40,251 nt of DNA from Candidatus Methanophagales archaeon ANME-1-THS (lineage in GTDB: Archaea > Halobacteriota > Syntropharchaeia > Alkanophagales > Methanospirareceae): contig RXIE01000129.1 of assembly GCA_004212135.1 (NCBI GenBank), positions 1 to 40,251 of the forward strand. The letters are read 5' to 3'. Positions 9,363-18,143 of this stretch are shown one piece after another. A program made the translations under genes and the position numbers. Position 1 is the first letter of the stretch. Each line of letters opens with the position of its first letter. The notes beneath the pieces are model-generated. The model was given only the letters and a program-made list of their open reading frames with translations, ran no database searches and was not told where the DNA came from.

Positions 9363-10106
9363 ATGACCGAGACCAAAGACGAAGTGGCAACGAAAAAGGA
9401 CTTTGAAGAACGGCTGGACCGCTTGTTGAATCGTGCTGATGCGTGTAGTAAGTCGGTAGAAGCCGAATTGGGCAGATTAAAGAGTATAAAGGGCGAACTG
9501 AACGCACTCGTGAAGGAGTCGAGACGAATAAAGCTGAAGTTGAAGGAGGAGCATGAGTTCAGTGAGGAAGAACTTGAGGAACTGAGCGATACGATAGAGA
9601 TTTTGGAAGAGACGTTTGAACCGAAGCGGAAAAAAGCGGAAGAGGTATTGAGAGGAAAGGAGGCTGAGTATTTAACCTCGTTACAATACCTGAAGGCGGA
9701 ATTCGAGAACTATAAACGGAGAGCAGAGAAGGAGAAGCGGGAGTTTGGCGATTATCTGCTTGAAGGCTTTATAAGAGACTTGTTACCCATCAAAGACGCT
9801 TTAGAGGTCGCCATAAGGCATGCAAAAGAGAATGAGCAATCTGAAGGTCTGCTCAGGGGAATGGTGAGAGAACAGAAGCAAATCACTGAGCTCGTAACAC
9901 GGGAGGGGCTCGAGGAGATACAAGCTGAGGGACTGCAATTCGATCCGTTCAGGCACGAAGTGGTCTCAAGGCAGGTGGTTGAGCATCATCCTGAGAACAC
10001 GGTGATCGAGGTGCTGAGAAAGGGCTATCTGTTCCGTGGCAAGGTTATAAGACCCGCAATGGTGAAGATAGCGATCAAGGAGCAGATTGAGGGGGGCCAC
10101 GAATGA
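9363..10106 (+). CDS. grpE: Nucleotide exchange factor GrpE with long N-terminal coiled coil
   Basis: LQYLKAEFENYKRR, LLPIKDALE, FDPFRHEVV, NTVIEVLRKGYLFRGKVIRPAMVKIA. Confidence 0.93.
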   Translation: MTETKDEVATKKDFEERLDRLLNRADACSKSVEAELGRLKSIKGELNALVKESRRIKLKLKEEHEFSEEELEELSDTIEILEETFEPKRKKAEEVLRGKEAEYLTSLQYLKAEFENYKRRAEKEKREFGDYLLEGFIRDLLPIKDALEVAIRHAKENEQSEGLLRGMVREQKQITELVTREGLEEIQAEGLQFDPFRHEVVSRQVVEHHPENTVIEVLRKGYLFRGKVIRPAMVKIAIKEQIEGGHE

Positions 10107-10747
10107 AGGTCTTTGCATCCTGGAGTGGCGGTAAAGAAAGTTGTCTGGCATGCTATCGAGCGATGCTGAATGGTTTTGAGGTAGTGTATCTCCTCAATTT
10201 TGTAGACGAGGATGGAACGAGATCAAGATCGCATGGGATCCCGTCATATTTGTTGGATCTGCAGGCCGAGGCACTTGGAATACCGATTGTTCATGTACGG
10301 ACATCGTGGGATGAGTATGAACGGAAGATGAAGAACGCGGTTGAGGAGTTAAAGAGGGAGGGTATAAAAGGCGGTGTTTTTGGTACCGTGGATATCAGGG
10401 AGCACAGGGAATGGCATGAACGGGTGTGTAATGAACTGCAGATCGAGCCGGTCTTTCCTCTCTGGGGACGCAATCCTGAAGAGCTTCTGGTCGAATTCAT
10501 CGAAACGGGCTTTGAAGCGTATGTAATCGCCACGACGCTCGGAGAAGCGTGGCTCGGAAGAAAGATTGATCGAGCGTTTATTAATAATCTGAAGAAGCTC
10601 GAGATCCATCTCTGTGGCGAATCGGGTGAGTATCATACCTTCGTCACGGACGGTCCGTCCTTCAAGCGAGGCATCAGGATCACGCATGGGAAAAAGATCG
10701 TACGAGATGGTTCGTGGCTTCTGGAGATTGGGGTCGAATTATCATAA
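10103..10747 (+). CDS. Diphthine--ammonia ligase family PP-loop ATPase (Dph6/MJ0570 family)
   Basis: SWSGGKES PP-loop, SRSHG, QAEALGIP, PLW, CGESGEYHTFVTDGP; ATGA overlap with grpE. Confidence 0.88.
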   Translation: MKVFASWSGGKESCLACYRAMLNGFEVVYLLNFVDEDGTRSRSHGIPSYLLDLQAEALGIPIVHVRTSWDEYERKMKNAVEELKREGIKGGVFGTVDIREHREWHERVCNELQIEPVFPLWGRNPEELLVEFIETGFEAYVIATTLGEAWLGRKIDRAFINNLKKLEIHLCGESGEYHTFVTDGPSFKRGIRITHGKKIVRDGSWLLEIGVELS

Positions 10748-10765
10748 CGGTATGGTTGGGGTACA

Positions 10766-12052
10766 ATGACCCTGAAGATAAACGATGTGGATGCGTACTA
10801 CGGAAGCGTGAAAGTACTGGAGCGTGTGGATCTGAGTGCGGAGAAGGGCGAGCTGTTAGGAATCATCGGGCCGAACGGGTCAGGAAAGACAACGTTACTG
10901 CGAACCATTGCGCGCGTGGTGAAGCCTCGAACGGGTGTGATCTTATTAGATGGCAAAGAAGTGACGCAGATGAAGGCTAAGGAGTTTTCGCAGCAGTTCG
11001 CCACAGTTCCTCAAGATACCACCGTCCATTTTGACTTCATGGCTCTGGATGTCGTGCTCATGGGCAGGAATCCGCACTTAGGGCGGTTAGAACTGGAGAG
11101 TGAGAAGGATATCGAAGTGGCACGCCGGTGCATGGAGCTGACCAACTGCTGGCATCTCGCGGAACGGCCGATTACCGAGTTGAGTGGTGGTGAACGGCAA
11201 CTGGTTATTATCGCACGAGCGCTGACGCAGGAGCCAAAAGTCTTATTGCTGGACGAGCCCACGTCGCATCTTGATATCAATTACCAAATCGCGATCATGG
11301 AGCTGCTCAAGCACCTGACTAGGCATGAAGGCTTGATTATTATCGCGGTTATCCATGACCTCAATTTAGCCGCTCAGTACTGCGACCGACTGGTACTGCT
11401 GCAGAAGGGGAAGATTCTTGCGATGGGCTCGCAGCACGAGGTCTTAACTGCTGCGAACATCAAACTTGCCTTCGGTGCCGACGTCATGGTGAAGCGGCAT
11501 GCAGTAACGAACCAGTGTTACGTATCACCTATCCCCATATCTAAAAAGGGAATGAGAGCAGCCTCGTCCGTTGCACATGACAATGAGCGGCATATCACGG
11601 TTCATCTGATCTGTGGTGGTGGAGAAGGCGCGCCGTTACTCTATCTCCTTTCAGAGCATGGGTATAACGTGACCGCGGGTGTGGTGAACCTGCTGGATAC
11701 CGATTGCGAGGTTACACAACATCTGGATATCCCCGTAGTGACTGAAGCGCCCTTCTCGCCGATAACCGAGGATGCGTATCAAGCCCACCTTGCGTTAATC
11801 GAAAAGGCGGACGTTGTGGTGCTCTGTAATATCCCCGTCGGGTTCGGCAATCTGAGGAATATCGAGGCAGCGGAGGTAGCATTAGAGCGGCTGGGTAAAA
11901 AAGTAGTGGTTGTTGAAACAGACGGACTCGAAAAAAGGGATTTTACGGGTGGAGAGGCCACGAAACGACTGGTGGAATTGAAGAATAAGGGTGCTTTAGT
12001 GGTTAAGAATAATGACGAGGTGCTTGAGGTGCTGAACACATACAAATTGTGA
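10766..12052 (+). CDS. ABC transporter ATP-binding protein, cobalamin/iron-chelate (BtuD/FhuC-like) with C-terminal extra domain
   Basis: Walker A GPNGSGKT, LSGGERQ, LLLDEPTSHLD, IHDLNLAAQYCD; extra ~150 aa starting VHLICGGG. Confidence 0.9.
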   Translation: MTLKINDVDAYYGSVKVLERVDLSAEKGELLGIIGPNGSGKTTLLRTIARVVKPRTGVILLDGKEVTQMKAKEFSQQFATVPQDTTVHFDFMALDVVLMGRNPHLGRLELESEKDIEVARRCMELTNCWHLAERPITELSGGERQLVIIARALTQEPKVLLLDEPTSHLDINYQIAIMELLKHLTRHEGLIIIAVIHDLNLAAQYCDRLVLLQKGKILAMGSQHEVLTAANIKLAFGADVMVKRHAVTNQCYVSPIPISKKGMRAASSVAHDNERHITVHLICGGGEGAPLLYLLSEHGYNVTAGVVNLLDTDCEVTQHLDIPVVTEAPFSPITEDAYQAHLALIEKADVVVLCNIPVGFGNLRNIEAAEVALERLGKKVVVVETDGLEKRDFTGGEATKRLVELKNKGALVVKNNDEVLEVLNTYKL

Positions 12053-12061
12053 TTCGAATAT

Positions 12062-13177
12062 CTAAAAGGGTTTAATCCCAAACCTTAATATCGCAGCGAT
12101 GCCACCCAGGGCGTTGAGCCGCTTCCCCGGCTCGAACTCCGTGCTGAAGATTATGACGTCGCCTCCTTGCCGTTCCGCCTCCTCGAGCATCCATTCGATC
12201 TCCTCCTCTTCCTTCTCTTCTTCCTCACCGCAGGCCTTCATGAGTTTCGCATCACTGACCAGCAGTGTTTCGACCGCGCCGTACTCCAACGCTTTTCTCA
12301 CTCCTACCTTACCATACACCGCTTTTCCACCTTCCTCTTTGCTGATCTCTGCCATTAACCGATCCAGCAGCGTTACTTCTTTTGTTAATCGCTCCTCTCT
12401 CTTCAGCCGGTCCACCGCGCCCCGTTTCAATACTTCTAAGAAACCAGAGATACCAATAGAAGAAGCTTGCTCCAGCCTCGTTCGTTTTGCTAACTCCGCA
12501 TCCCGTTCCTTCAGGAACGAAACGAAATCGTCTTTGATAAAGCCGGGACCTGCAATGATGAGCGCTTCCGCATTTGTGGCTTGGAACGAGTTTTTCACCT
12601 GCCTCGCGAGCTCGTCAAAAAATTCCCTTTTACTACCTTCTGCGCGCTCCATACCTTTCCCCGAACCATAACGGATCGAGAAGAGCTCATCCACACCGTA
12701 CTGGCGCACGATTCCCGCAACCGCCTCGCCTTCCTCGATAGTTACGAGGAGCACGTCAGGCGAGGCAACTGCTTTTTCCGCTTCTCGTATCCGCTTCAGT
12801 TGATGCTCTTTCCAGTCCTTTACAATCGAGAGCTCCACGCCCGGTTCGATATTAAAGGTATGATAAGCGCCCAGTTCAGTCTCCGGACCCTCTTCAATCA
12901 TCCCCTTTATACGCAGCCGACGTGAGAATTTGTGAAATTCGATGCCGTCCGTTCTTAAGCCCAACCTAACCGGCTTTTTGTCCACTTTATCCGGTCGTAG
13001 CTTATCGGTCGCCTCGTCGAGCCTTCTATACGTCAGTGAATACACGAGGTCGCCTGTGTCGATTACATGCTTGAGGTGCCAGAGGTCATCCAGCGACTCG
13101 GGAACCAGGCAAATCTCACCGACACGCCTTCGGTCTCCGTTCTCCTTTATCCTGAGCTTCTTCTTGACGACCCGCAT
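12062..13177 (-). CDS. pelA: mRNA surveillance protein pelota
   Basis: PESLDDLWHL, IEFHKF..RLRIKG, GAYHTFNI, IAGPGFIK, GAVETLLVSD, LGGIAAILRF. Confidence 0.95.
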   Translation of the reverse strand: MRVVKKKLRIKENGDRRRVGEICLVPESLDDLWHLKHVIDTGDLVYSLTYRRLDEATDKLRPDKVDKKPVRLGLRTDGIEFHKFSRRLRIKGMIEEGPETELGAYHTFNIEPGVELSIVKDWKEHQLKRIREAEKAVASPDVLLVTIEEGEAVAGIVRQYGVDELFSIRYGSGKGMERAEGSKREFFDELARQVKNSFQATNAEALIIAGPGFIKDDFVSFLKERDAELAKRTRLEQASSIGISGFLEVLKRGAVDRLKREERLTKEVTLLDRLMAEISKEEGGKAVYGKVGVRKALEYGAVETLLVSDAKLMKACGEEEEKEEEEIEWMLEEAERQGGDVIIFSTEFEPGKRLNALGGIAAILRFGIKPF

Positions 13178-13246
13178 AGACTCTTACTTAAAAAGAAGCG
13201 GTCATTTTAAAAAAATATCTATAGAAAAGCGGTTTTTTTATAAGAG

Positions 13247-14062
13247 ATGAGCGGCACGATAACCTTAAAACCGATACTCAACCAGGCAGCGCTTGTTGTC
13301 GAGCATGAGCATAAAACACTGGTGATCGCCGATCTCCATTTAGGTATCGAAGCTGAGTTCAGGCAAAAGGGGATTAATATCGGCAGTCAAACGGAAAAAT
13401 TGCTGGAGCGAGCGATAACCTGTGTAAAAGTCGCTGAACCTGATGTGATCATCCTCTTGGGCGATGTGAAACATGCCGTGCCACAGATCTCGTTTGTGGA
13501 TAGAAAAGAAGTGCCTTTTTTCCTGGCTGAGTTGGCTGTGTATGCACCGATCTACGTGGTTAAAGGGAACCATGATGGCTATCTGAACAAACTGCTGCCC
13601 GATTTGAGCGAGTCTGTGCGGAAGCATGAGATCGTTATAAAGAGCGCGCAAGGATTCCTCTTTGACCAGGTTGGGTATGCTCATGGGCACTCATGGCCCT
13701 CGCCCGAATTGTTCGCTGCCCCGTATATCCTGATCGGGCATAATCATCCGAGGATACGACTGGTAAGTTCAAACACCCCGTATAGGAGCATGAAACCGGT
13801 ATGGATTCGTGCGCACTTCGATTATGACGCGGTGAAGAGGCATTACACAGAGGTAATGATGAACGATCGGAACGCGCCCAGAGTCATCATAATGCCGGCA
13901 TTTAACGAGCTCTGTGGTGGCGTTGCGTTCAACGCAGCGAACAAGGAGCTGCTGGGTCCAATAGCCTCAAAGCTGCTTCGCCTGGAGAGTATGGAGGCGT
14001 ACCTGCTTGACGGGACGTATATTGGCAAGGTGGGTGATCTGGAGAAAAAAATAGCTGTGTAA
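13247..14062 (+). CDS. Metallophosphoesterase (calcineurin-like, archaeal)
   Basis: IADLHLG, LGDVKH, KGNHD, AHGH, GHNHP, IIMPAFN motifs. Confidence 0.9.
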   Translation: MSGTITLKPILNQAALVVEHEHKTLVIADLHLGIEAEFRQKGINIGSQTEKLLERAITCVKVAEPDVIILLGDVKHAVPQISFVDRKEVPFFLAELAVYAPIYVVKGNHDGYLNKLLPDLSESVRKHEIVIKSAQGFLFDQVGYAHGHSWPSPELFAAPYILIGHNHPRIRLVSSNTPYRSMKPVWIRAHFDYDAVKRHYTEVMMNDRNAPRVIIMPAFNELCGGVAFNAANKELLGPIASKLLRLESMEAYLLDGTYIGKVGDLEKKIAV

Positions 14063-14108
14063 CTCTTACCCAGAAAACCAACCTGCTCAAACCTCGAAGC
14101 GGCTATGA

Positions 14109-14246
14109 GTGCGCCGAGCAACGTTCATACTATCCAGGTGGTGAAAATCCAACCCAAGGAAAGGTTAGCTAGCCACTAACTCTGAACAGAACTCTGCATC
14201 CCGTCTGATAACACTGTGATGAAGCTAGGGGCTGGCAAAACAAAGC
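14109..14246 (+). mobile_element. Probable 5' fragment (part of domain I) of a group II intron
   Basis: Begins with the GUGYG consensus (GTGCG), followed by a GGTGAAAATCC hairpin and a CTCT-GC-ATC...GAT-GAAGC-TAGGGG element resembling domain Ic1. No RT ORF or domain V/VI follows. Confidence 0.55.
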
Positions 14247-14281
14247 GAAAAGTTTAAAAACAGGTAAAAGGATATTAGTGC

Positions 14282-14746
14282 GATAAAAATATCATCCAGT
14301 CTGTAGTCTTTGGGTTTCTTCTTCTTGCAATTCTGGATCAGCTCTCGGATTTCAGCAAAGGCACCTTTGACCCCCTCTGGATTATTCTGATTTTTGCCCT
14401 CCTCTTCTTCGTGATAGCCATCTGGATAAGCTATACAAGACAAGTGCCTTTATTCCAAATTACTCCCCAGACCCTGGACGGCATCGTTCCATTCTGTTTC
14501 GGCGTGACCCAGGCCCTTGCAGTATTCAGCATCAACCTGAAAGAGATCTCCTGGTACTATTTCTCGTTGAGTTCCATTGCTGTTGTCGGACTCCTCCAGT
14601 ATGCCCACACGTTCCATCAGGCACGGTTGCATTACGAGAGGAATCGAACTCTTAAAAACCAAAAAGCTTTTCAATTCCGGAACTCAAAACCAAGCAAGGT
14701 GAAGACCGATGGCAAAGATGCCAAAAGAAGTTATGGAAATGTTTAA
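14282..14746 (+). pseudogene. Remnant of a multi-pass membrane protein gene
   Basis: Hydrophobic frame IIQSVVFGFLLLAILDQL...WISY...LDGIVPFCFG extends upstream of ORF 14411 to a TAG at 14276 with no ATG. After ERNR (~14650) it degenerates into the promoter of the next gene. Confidence 0.55.
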
Positions 14747-15113
14747 CGACCCTTCCGCGTCTAAAGTTCTGGGGACAATTGATGATAAGGGTGTGCTGAA
14801 TGTCGCTCCTATAGGGACCTTAAGAGCGATTAGCGAGGAGACAATAGTTTTTGCGGAAGTTTATGGAGGAAAGACGAAAAGGAATTTGGAGCAGACAAAG
14901 AAGGCAGCCGCCGTGGCGTTTAAATATCCACCTCCTGCAGGGTATCAAATAAAGGGCACGTTTGTTGGCTGGCAGACCTCCGGTCCACTTTTCGACCAGA
15001 TGGATAAAAGAATGAAGGAAATATTGAAGACAGGTATAAAACGTGTTGGCACGATAAAAGTCGAAGAGGTTTATTCAATGGGCATGCCGGAGCCGGGAAA
15101 GAAGATAGTCTAA
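14709..15113 (+). CDS. Pyridoxamine 5'-phosphate oxidase-like FMN/F420-binding split-barrel protein
   Basis: KVLGTIDDKGVLNVAPIG, KTKRNLE, GYQIKG, IKVEEVYS pattern. Confidence 0.85.
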   Translation: MAKMPKEVMEMFNDPSASKVLGTIDDKGVLNVAPIGTLRAISEETIVFAEVYGGKTKRNLEQTKKAAAVAFKYPPPAGYQIKGTFVGWQTSGPLFDQMDKRMKEILKTGIKRVGTIKVEEVYSMGMPEPGKKIV

Positions 15114-15127
15114 GGAGGTTCTACACG

Positions 15128-16063
15128 ATGAATGCATTAAATGTGCGAGAAGTAGACAAACTGGAAGTTACAGTCTTGGTAGACAATTACACCGATGTAC
15201 TCTTACTCCAGAGCACCGAGGTCGTCAAGCGATCAGGGACTCCTCCTCCGAATCTGCCTCTCGCAGAACATGGATTAGCATGTCTTCTCAAAGTTAAGGC
15301 GGGCTCAGAGGAACACGTAGTGCTCATGGACGCAGGTGTATCGCCAACCTGTCTCTTTCACAATGCCGATGTTTTAAAGATAGACTTGAGCAAAGTCGAG
15401 TCGGTGGTTCTGAGTCATGGTCATTACGACCATTTCGGAGCACTCGTAGAATTTCTAAATAATGCACCAAAGGGAATACCCCTTATCCTCCATCCGGACG
15501 CTTTTTATGAGCGCCGCCTCAATGTCCCCCGTATTGGAGTAGCAGGCTTGCCTACGTTAGATGAAATAGCCTTAAAGAAAACCGGGGTGACGCTTCGTAA
15601 AGCCAGAGAGGCTTCTCTGTTGGTTTCAAATCTCATCTTGGTTTCAGGAGAAGTGGAGCGAGTAACCGATTTTGAGAAAGGCTTTCCTTGGGCTGAGGCG
15701 AAAATCGATGACAAATGGGTTGTAGATCCCTTTCACGATGACCAAGGTGTAGCGGTCAAGGTGAAAAACAAAGGTCTGGTAGTTATCAGCGGATGTTCCC
15801 ATGCTGGCATCATCAATACGGTCAAATATCTCCAGAAAGTTGCACGGACGAATAAGGTTCACGCGGTTTTGGGCGGTTTTCACCTCACAGGCCCGATTTT
15901 TGAGCCAATCGTTGGACCTACCATTCAGGAGATGAAGAGGATAGGCCCAGATTTCGTCGTGCCCATGCATTGCACCGGGTGGAAGGCTATCAATCAATTT
16001 GCCCAGGAGATGCCTGAGCAGTTCCTCCTCAATAGTGTAGGGACAACCTACGTCTTCCAATAA
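15128..16063 (+). CDS. MBL-fold metallo-hydrolase (MJ0448-like family)
   Basis: VLVDN, AEHGL, SHGHYDHFG, DDQ, SGCSHAG, GGFHL, PMHCTG; RBS GGAGG. Confidence 0.9.
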   Translation: MNALNVREVDKLEVTVLVDNYTDVLLLQSTEVVKRSGTPPPNLPLAEHGLACLLKVKAGSEEHVVLMDAGVSPTCLFHNADVLKIDLSKVESVVLSHGHYDHFGALVEFLNNAPKGIPLILHPDAFYERRLNVPRIGVAGLPTLDEIALKKTGVTLRKAREASLLVSNLILVSGEVERVTDFEKGFPWAEAKIDDKWVVDPFHDDQGVAVKVKNKGLVVISGCSHAGIINTVKYLQKVARTNKVHAVLGGFHLTGPIFEPIVGPTIQEMKRIGPDFVVPMHCTGWKAINQFAQEMPEQFLLNSVGTTYVFQ

Positions 16064-16074
16064 TCCTCATACCA
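16057..16074 (+). repeat. 18-bp direct repeat, copy 1 (CCAATAATCCTCATACCA)
   Basis: Identical to 17904-17921. Confidence 0.85.
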
Positions 16075-16346
16075 TGCCCATTCAGAGAAGGGCACGATTT
16101 TTTTCCGATTCTGTCAATAAGCAGGTGGAGGAAGAATAGCAAAACTCTCGGGGTTGAAAATTTATTGCGAGGTTGGATAAATCGAATTACTCCTCTCATT
16201 TCTTTTTTAAACCATTGCACTTACAAAAGATGTCATTTCCTTCTTCTTCCCTCACTCTTCGCAGGCGGTACCGTGCTATCAACACGAAGGATATACAGAG
16301 TGACGAAATACAAACACTTAAAAACTCCACAAACTTCTAAGGAGGT

Positions 16347-16751
16347 ATGGCACAGAAGATCGCAGCATTCTTTCAGAAGGATACCTATGCCGCGTTGACG
16401 GGGATCAAACTGCTCGACGTTTCGGAAGGGCACGCAAAAGCGATGCTTGAGATAACCGAAAATCATCTCAATAGCGCGGGCATGGTGCACGGGGGCGTAA
16501 TCTTCACCCTGGCCGATTTCGCGTTCGAGGTCGCATCGAATTCCTATGGCACGCTTGCCCTCGCAATCAATGCCCAGATCTCATTTTTTAAAGCGGTATC
16601 GGCCGGCGTTTTATATGCCGAAGCAAACGAAGTATCACGCCATCCTAAACTTGCCAGTTACTCGATCGATGTCACCAATGAAACGGGTGACCTGATCGCC
16701 TCATTTCAAGGCATGGTGTATCGCAAAAAGGACCTGCTGAAGATCGAGTAA
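16347..16751 (+). CDS. PaaI-family hotdog-fold thioesterase
   Basis: HLNSAGMVHGGVIFTLADFAFEVASN motif; RBS GGAGG. Confidence 0.92.
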   Translation: MAQKIAAFFQKDTYAALTGIKLLDVSEGHAKAMLEITENHLNSAGMVHGGVIFTLADFAFEVASNSYGTLALAINAQISFFKAVSAGVLYAEANEVSRHPKLASYSIDVTNETGDLIASFQGMVYRKKDLLKIE

Positions 16752-16795
16752 ATGGTTTGAAAACGTCCGGTACGCTCCGTCCCTTAGGGGTGAAC

Positions 16796-17896
16796 TCAAA
16801 ACGCCCAGTAACCCTGTGTGAAAAGAACGAGCAGGATACTAAACAGGAACAGGAAGGTCATCATCAGCAGGTAATGCAACTCCTCTCGCTTATCACTGAC
16901 CAGGGCGAGGATTGTGAAAATAGGGAAGATGGAGAGCGTGTAACGCGGCATACTCAGCCAGAACCGGGTTGAAGCCACCGTTAGCCAGGTAAGGATCATA
17001 TAGATGGTATAAGAAAACCGGAATTTGGTGAAGGAGGCGTAAATTATGCACGCTAAGCCAAATACGCTGAATATAATTTCCGCTCCTCCTACAAGCACTT
17101 TTTCTACCGGATCATGCCATAAAATGATCCACAAAGCGCTCAAGAGCCCCTCCCAGGGCGGTGCGAGGTACTTTGACCAATGCTCCCGCTGGAGTTCAAG
17201 AAACATAAATGCATTGCCAAAGACGATAGAGTTCACAATGAGATACGACAGAAATCCGAAACTGATCATACAGATGAAAACAATATCCTTGATGCTTCGT
17301 GATTTGCTTTTTGATTCTGCCGAAAAATACTCGTACAGCACCGAAGGGATAAGAACGAGCCCGGTGATCCGGGTAGCAGAGGCGAACATCCCCAGCAGAC
17401 CCGCGGGGAGCCACTTCTCTTGCCTCGCATAATAAAAGCAACTGATGGTCAAGCACAAAAATAAACCTTCGGTATAGCCCGCAATCAAGAAGTACGACGT
17501 GGGGAATAGAGCGAAATAAAGAAGACTTTTCAATGCCGTGCTATGCGCATAATCAATTCTGGCGAGTTTATAAAGGAAGATGCCTGCGAGGAGCGATGCT
17601 GAATTTGATATCAGGAGTGCAGAGATCTCGTAGTTACCACTCAGAGCGGTTAAGAGTCTTATCACCAGGGGGAACAGTGGCATAAAAACGATTAAATAGC
17701 TCGCTTCTCTGACATTGGTGTACCCATTCTTCGCGATCTCCACGTAATGCGGCGCGTCCCAGCGGTTCCACCGTGATATGATATCACCGGGTTGATGTAA
17801 CCCAAGCCCAACGAGAAGAGTTAAGGTAAAGGCGAAGATCTTTATCGCGAGTAATATGACAACAATCTCAATTACGATACGTCTTTCTATCTTCAT
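16796..17896 (-). CDS. GT-C fold membrane mannosyltransferase (PIG-V-like)
   Basis: RWDAPHYVEIAKNGY, FMPLFP, YTEGLF, ATRITG, SMPRY; about 10 hydrophobic segments. Confidence 0.87.
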   Translation of the reverse strand: MKIERRIVIEIVVILLAIKIFAFTLTLLVGLGLHQPGDIISRWNRWDAPHYVEIAKNGYTNVREASYLIVFMPLFPLVIRLLTALSGNYEISALLISNSASLLAGIFLYKLARIDYAHSTALKSLLYFALFPTSYFLIAGYTEGLFLCLTISCFYYARQEKWLPAGLLGMFASATRITGLVLIPSVLYEYFSAESKSKSRSIKDIVFICMISFGFLSYLIVNSIVFGNAFMFLELQREHWSKYLAPPWEGLLSALWIILWHDPVEKVLVGGAEIIFSVFGLACIIYASFTKFRFSYTIYMILTWLTVASTRFWLSMPRYTLSIFPIFTILALVSDKREELHYLLMMTFLFLFSILLVLFTQGYWAF

Positions 17897-17903
17897 CTAC
17901 TCC

Positions 17904-17921
17904 CCAATAATCCTCATACCA
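17904..17921 (+). repeat. 18-bp direct repeat, copy 2
   Basis: Identical to 16057-16074. Confidence 0.85.
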
Positions 17922-18143
17922 ACATGAGATTTTTTACATGAGTTGGCTTACGTGCAGTAACGCAAAGGAGCGAACAAGGGATGCGTGGGGCATCAAAATC
18001 CACCTGTGTGCATAGGAATAATTGGTGAAGGAACTGAGGAATACGGAAGCACCCGCGTTGGGATACAAGACGTGCGTGGATTTCGCTACGGCTATGGACC
18101 TAAAACTCATCAAACTCAGAATCGGGATTTAATCTCGACAAGA

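Noticed and set aside
9286-9507. 74-aa N-terminal extension of ORF 8275-9507
   Set aside because: Overlaps grpE and the divergent promoter; family similarity starts at MFVGIDVGG (9285).
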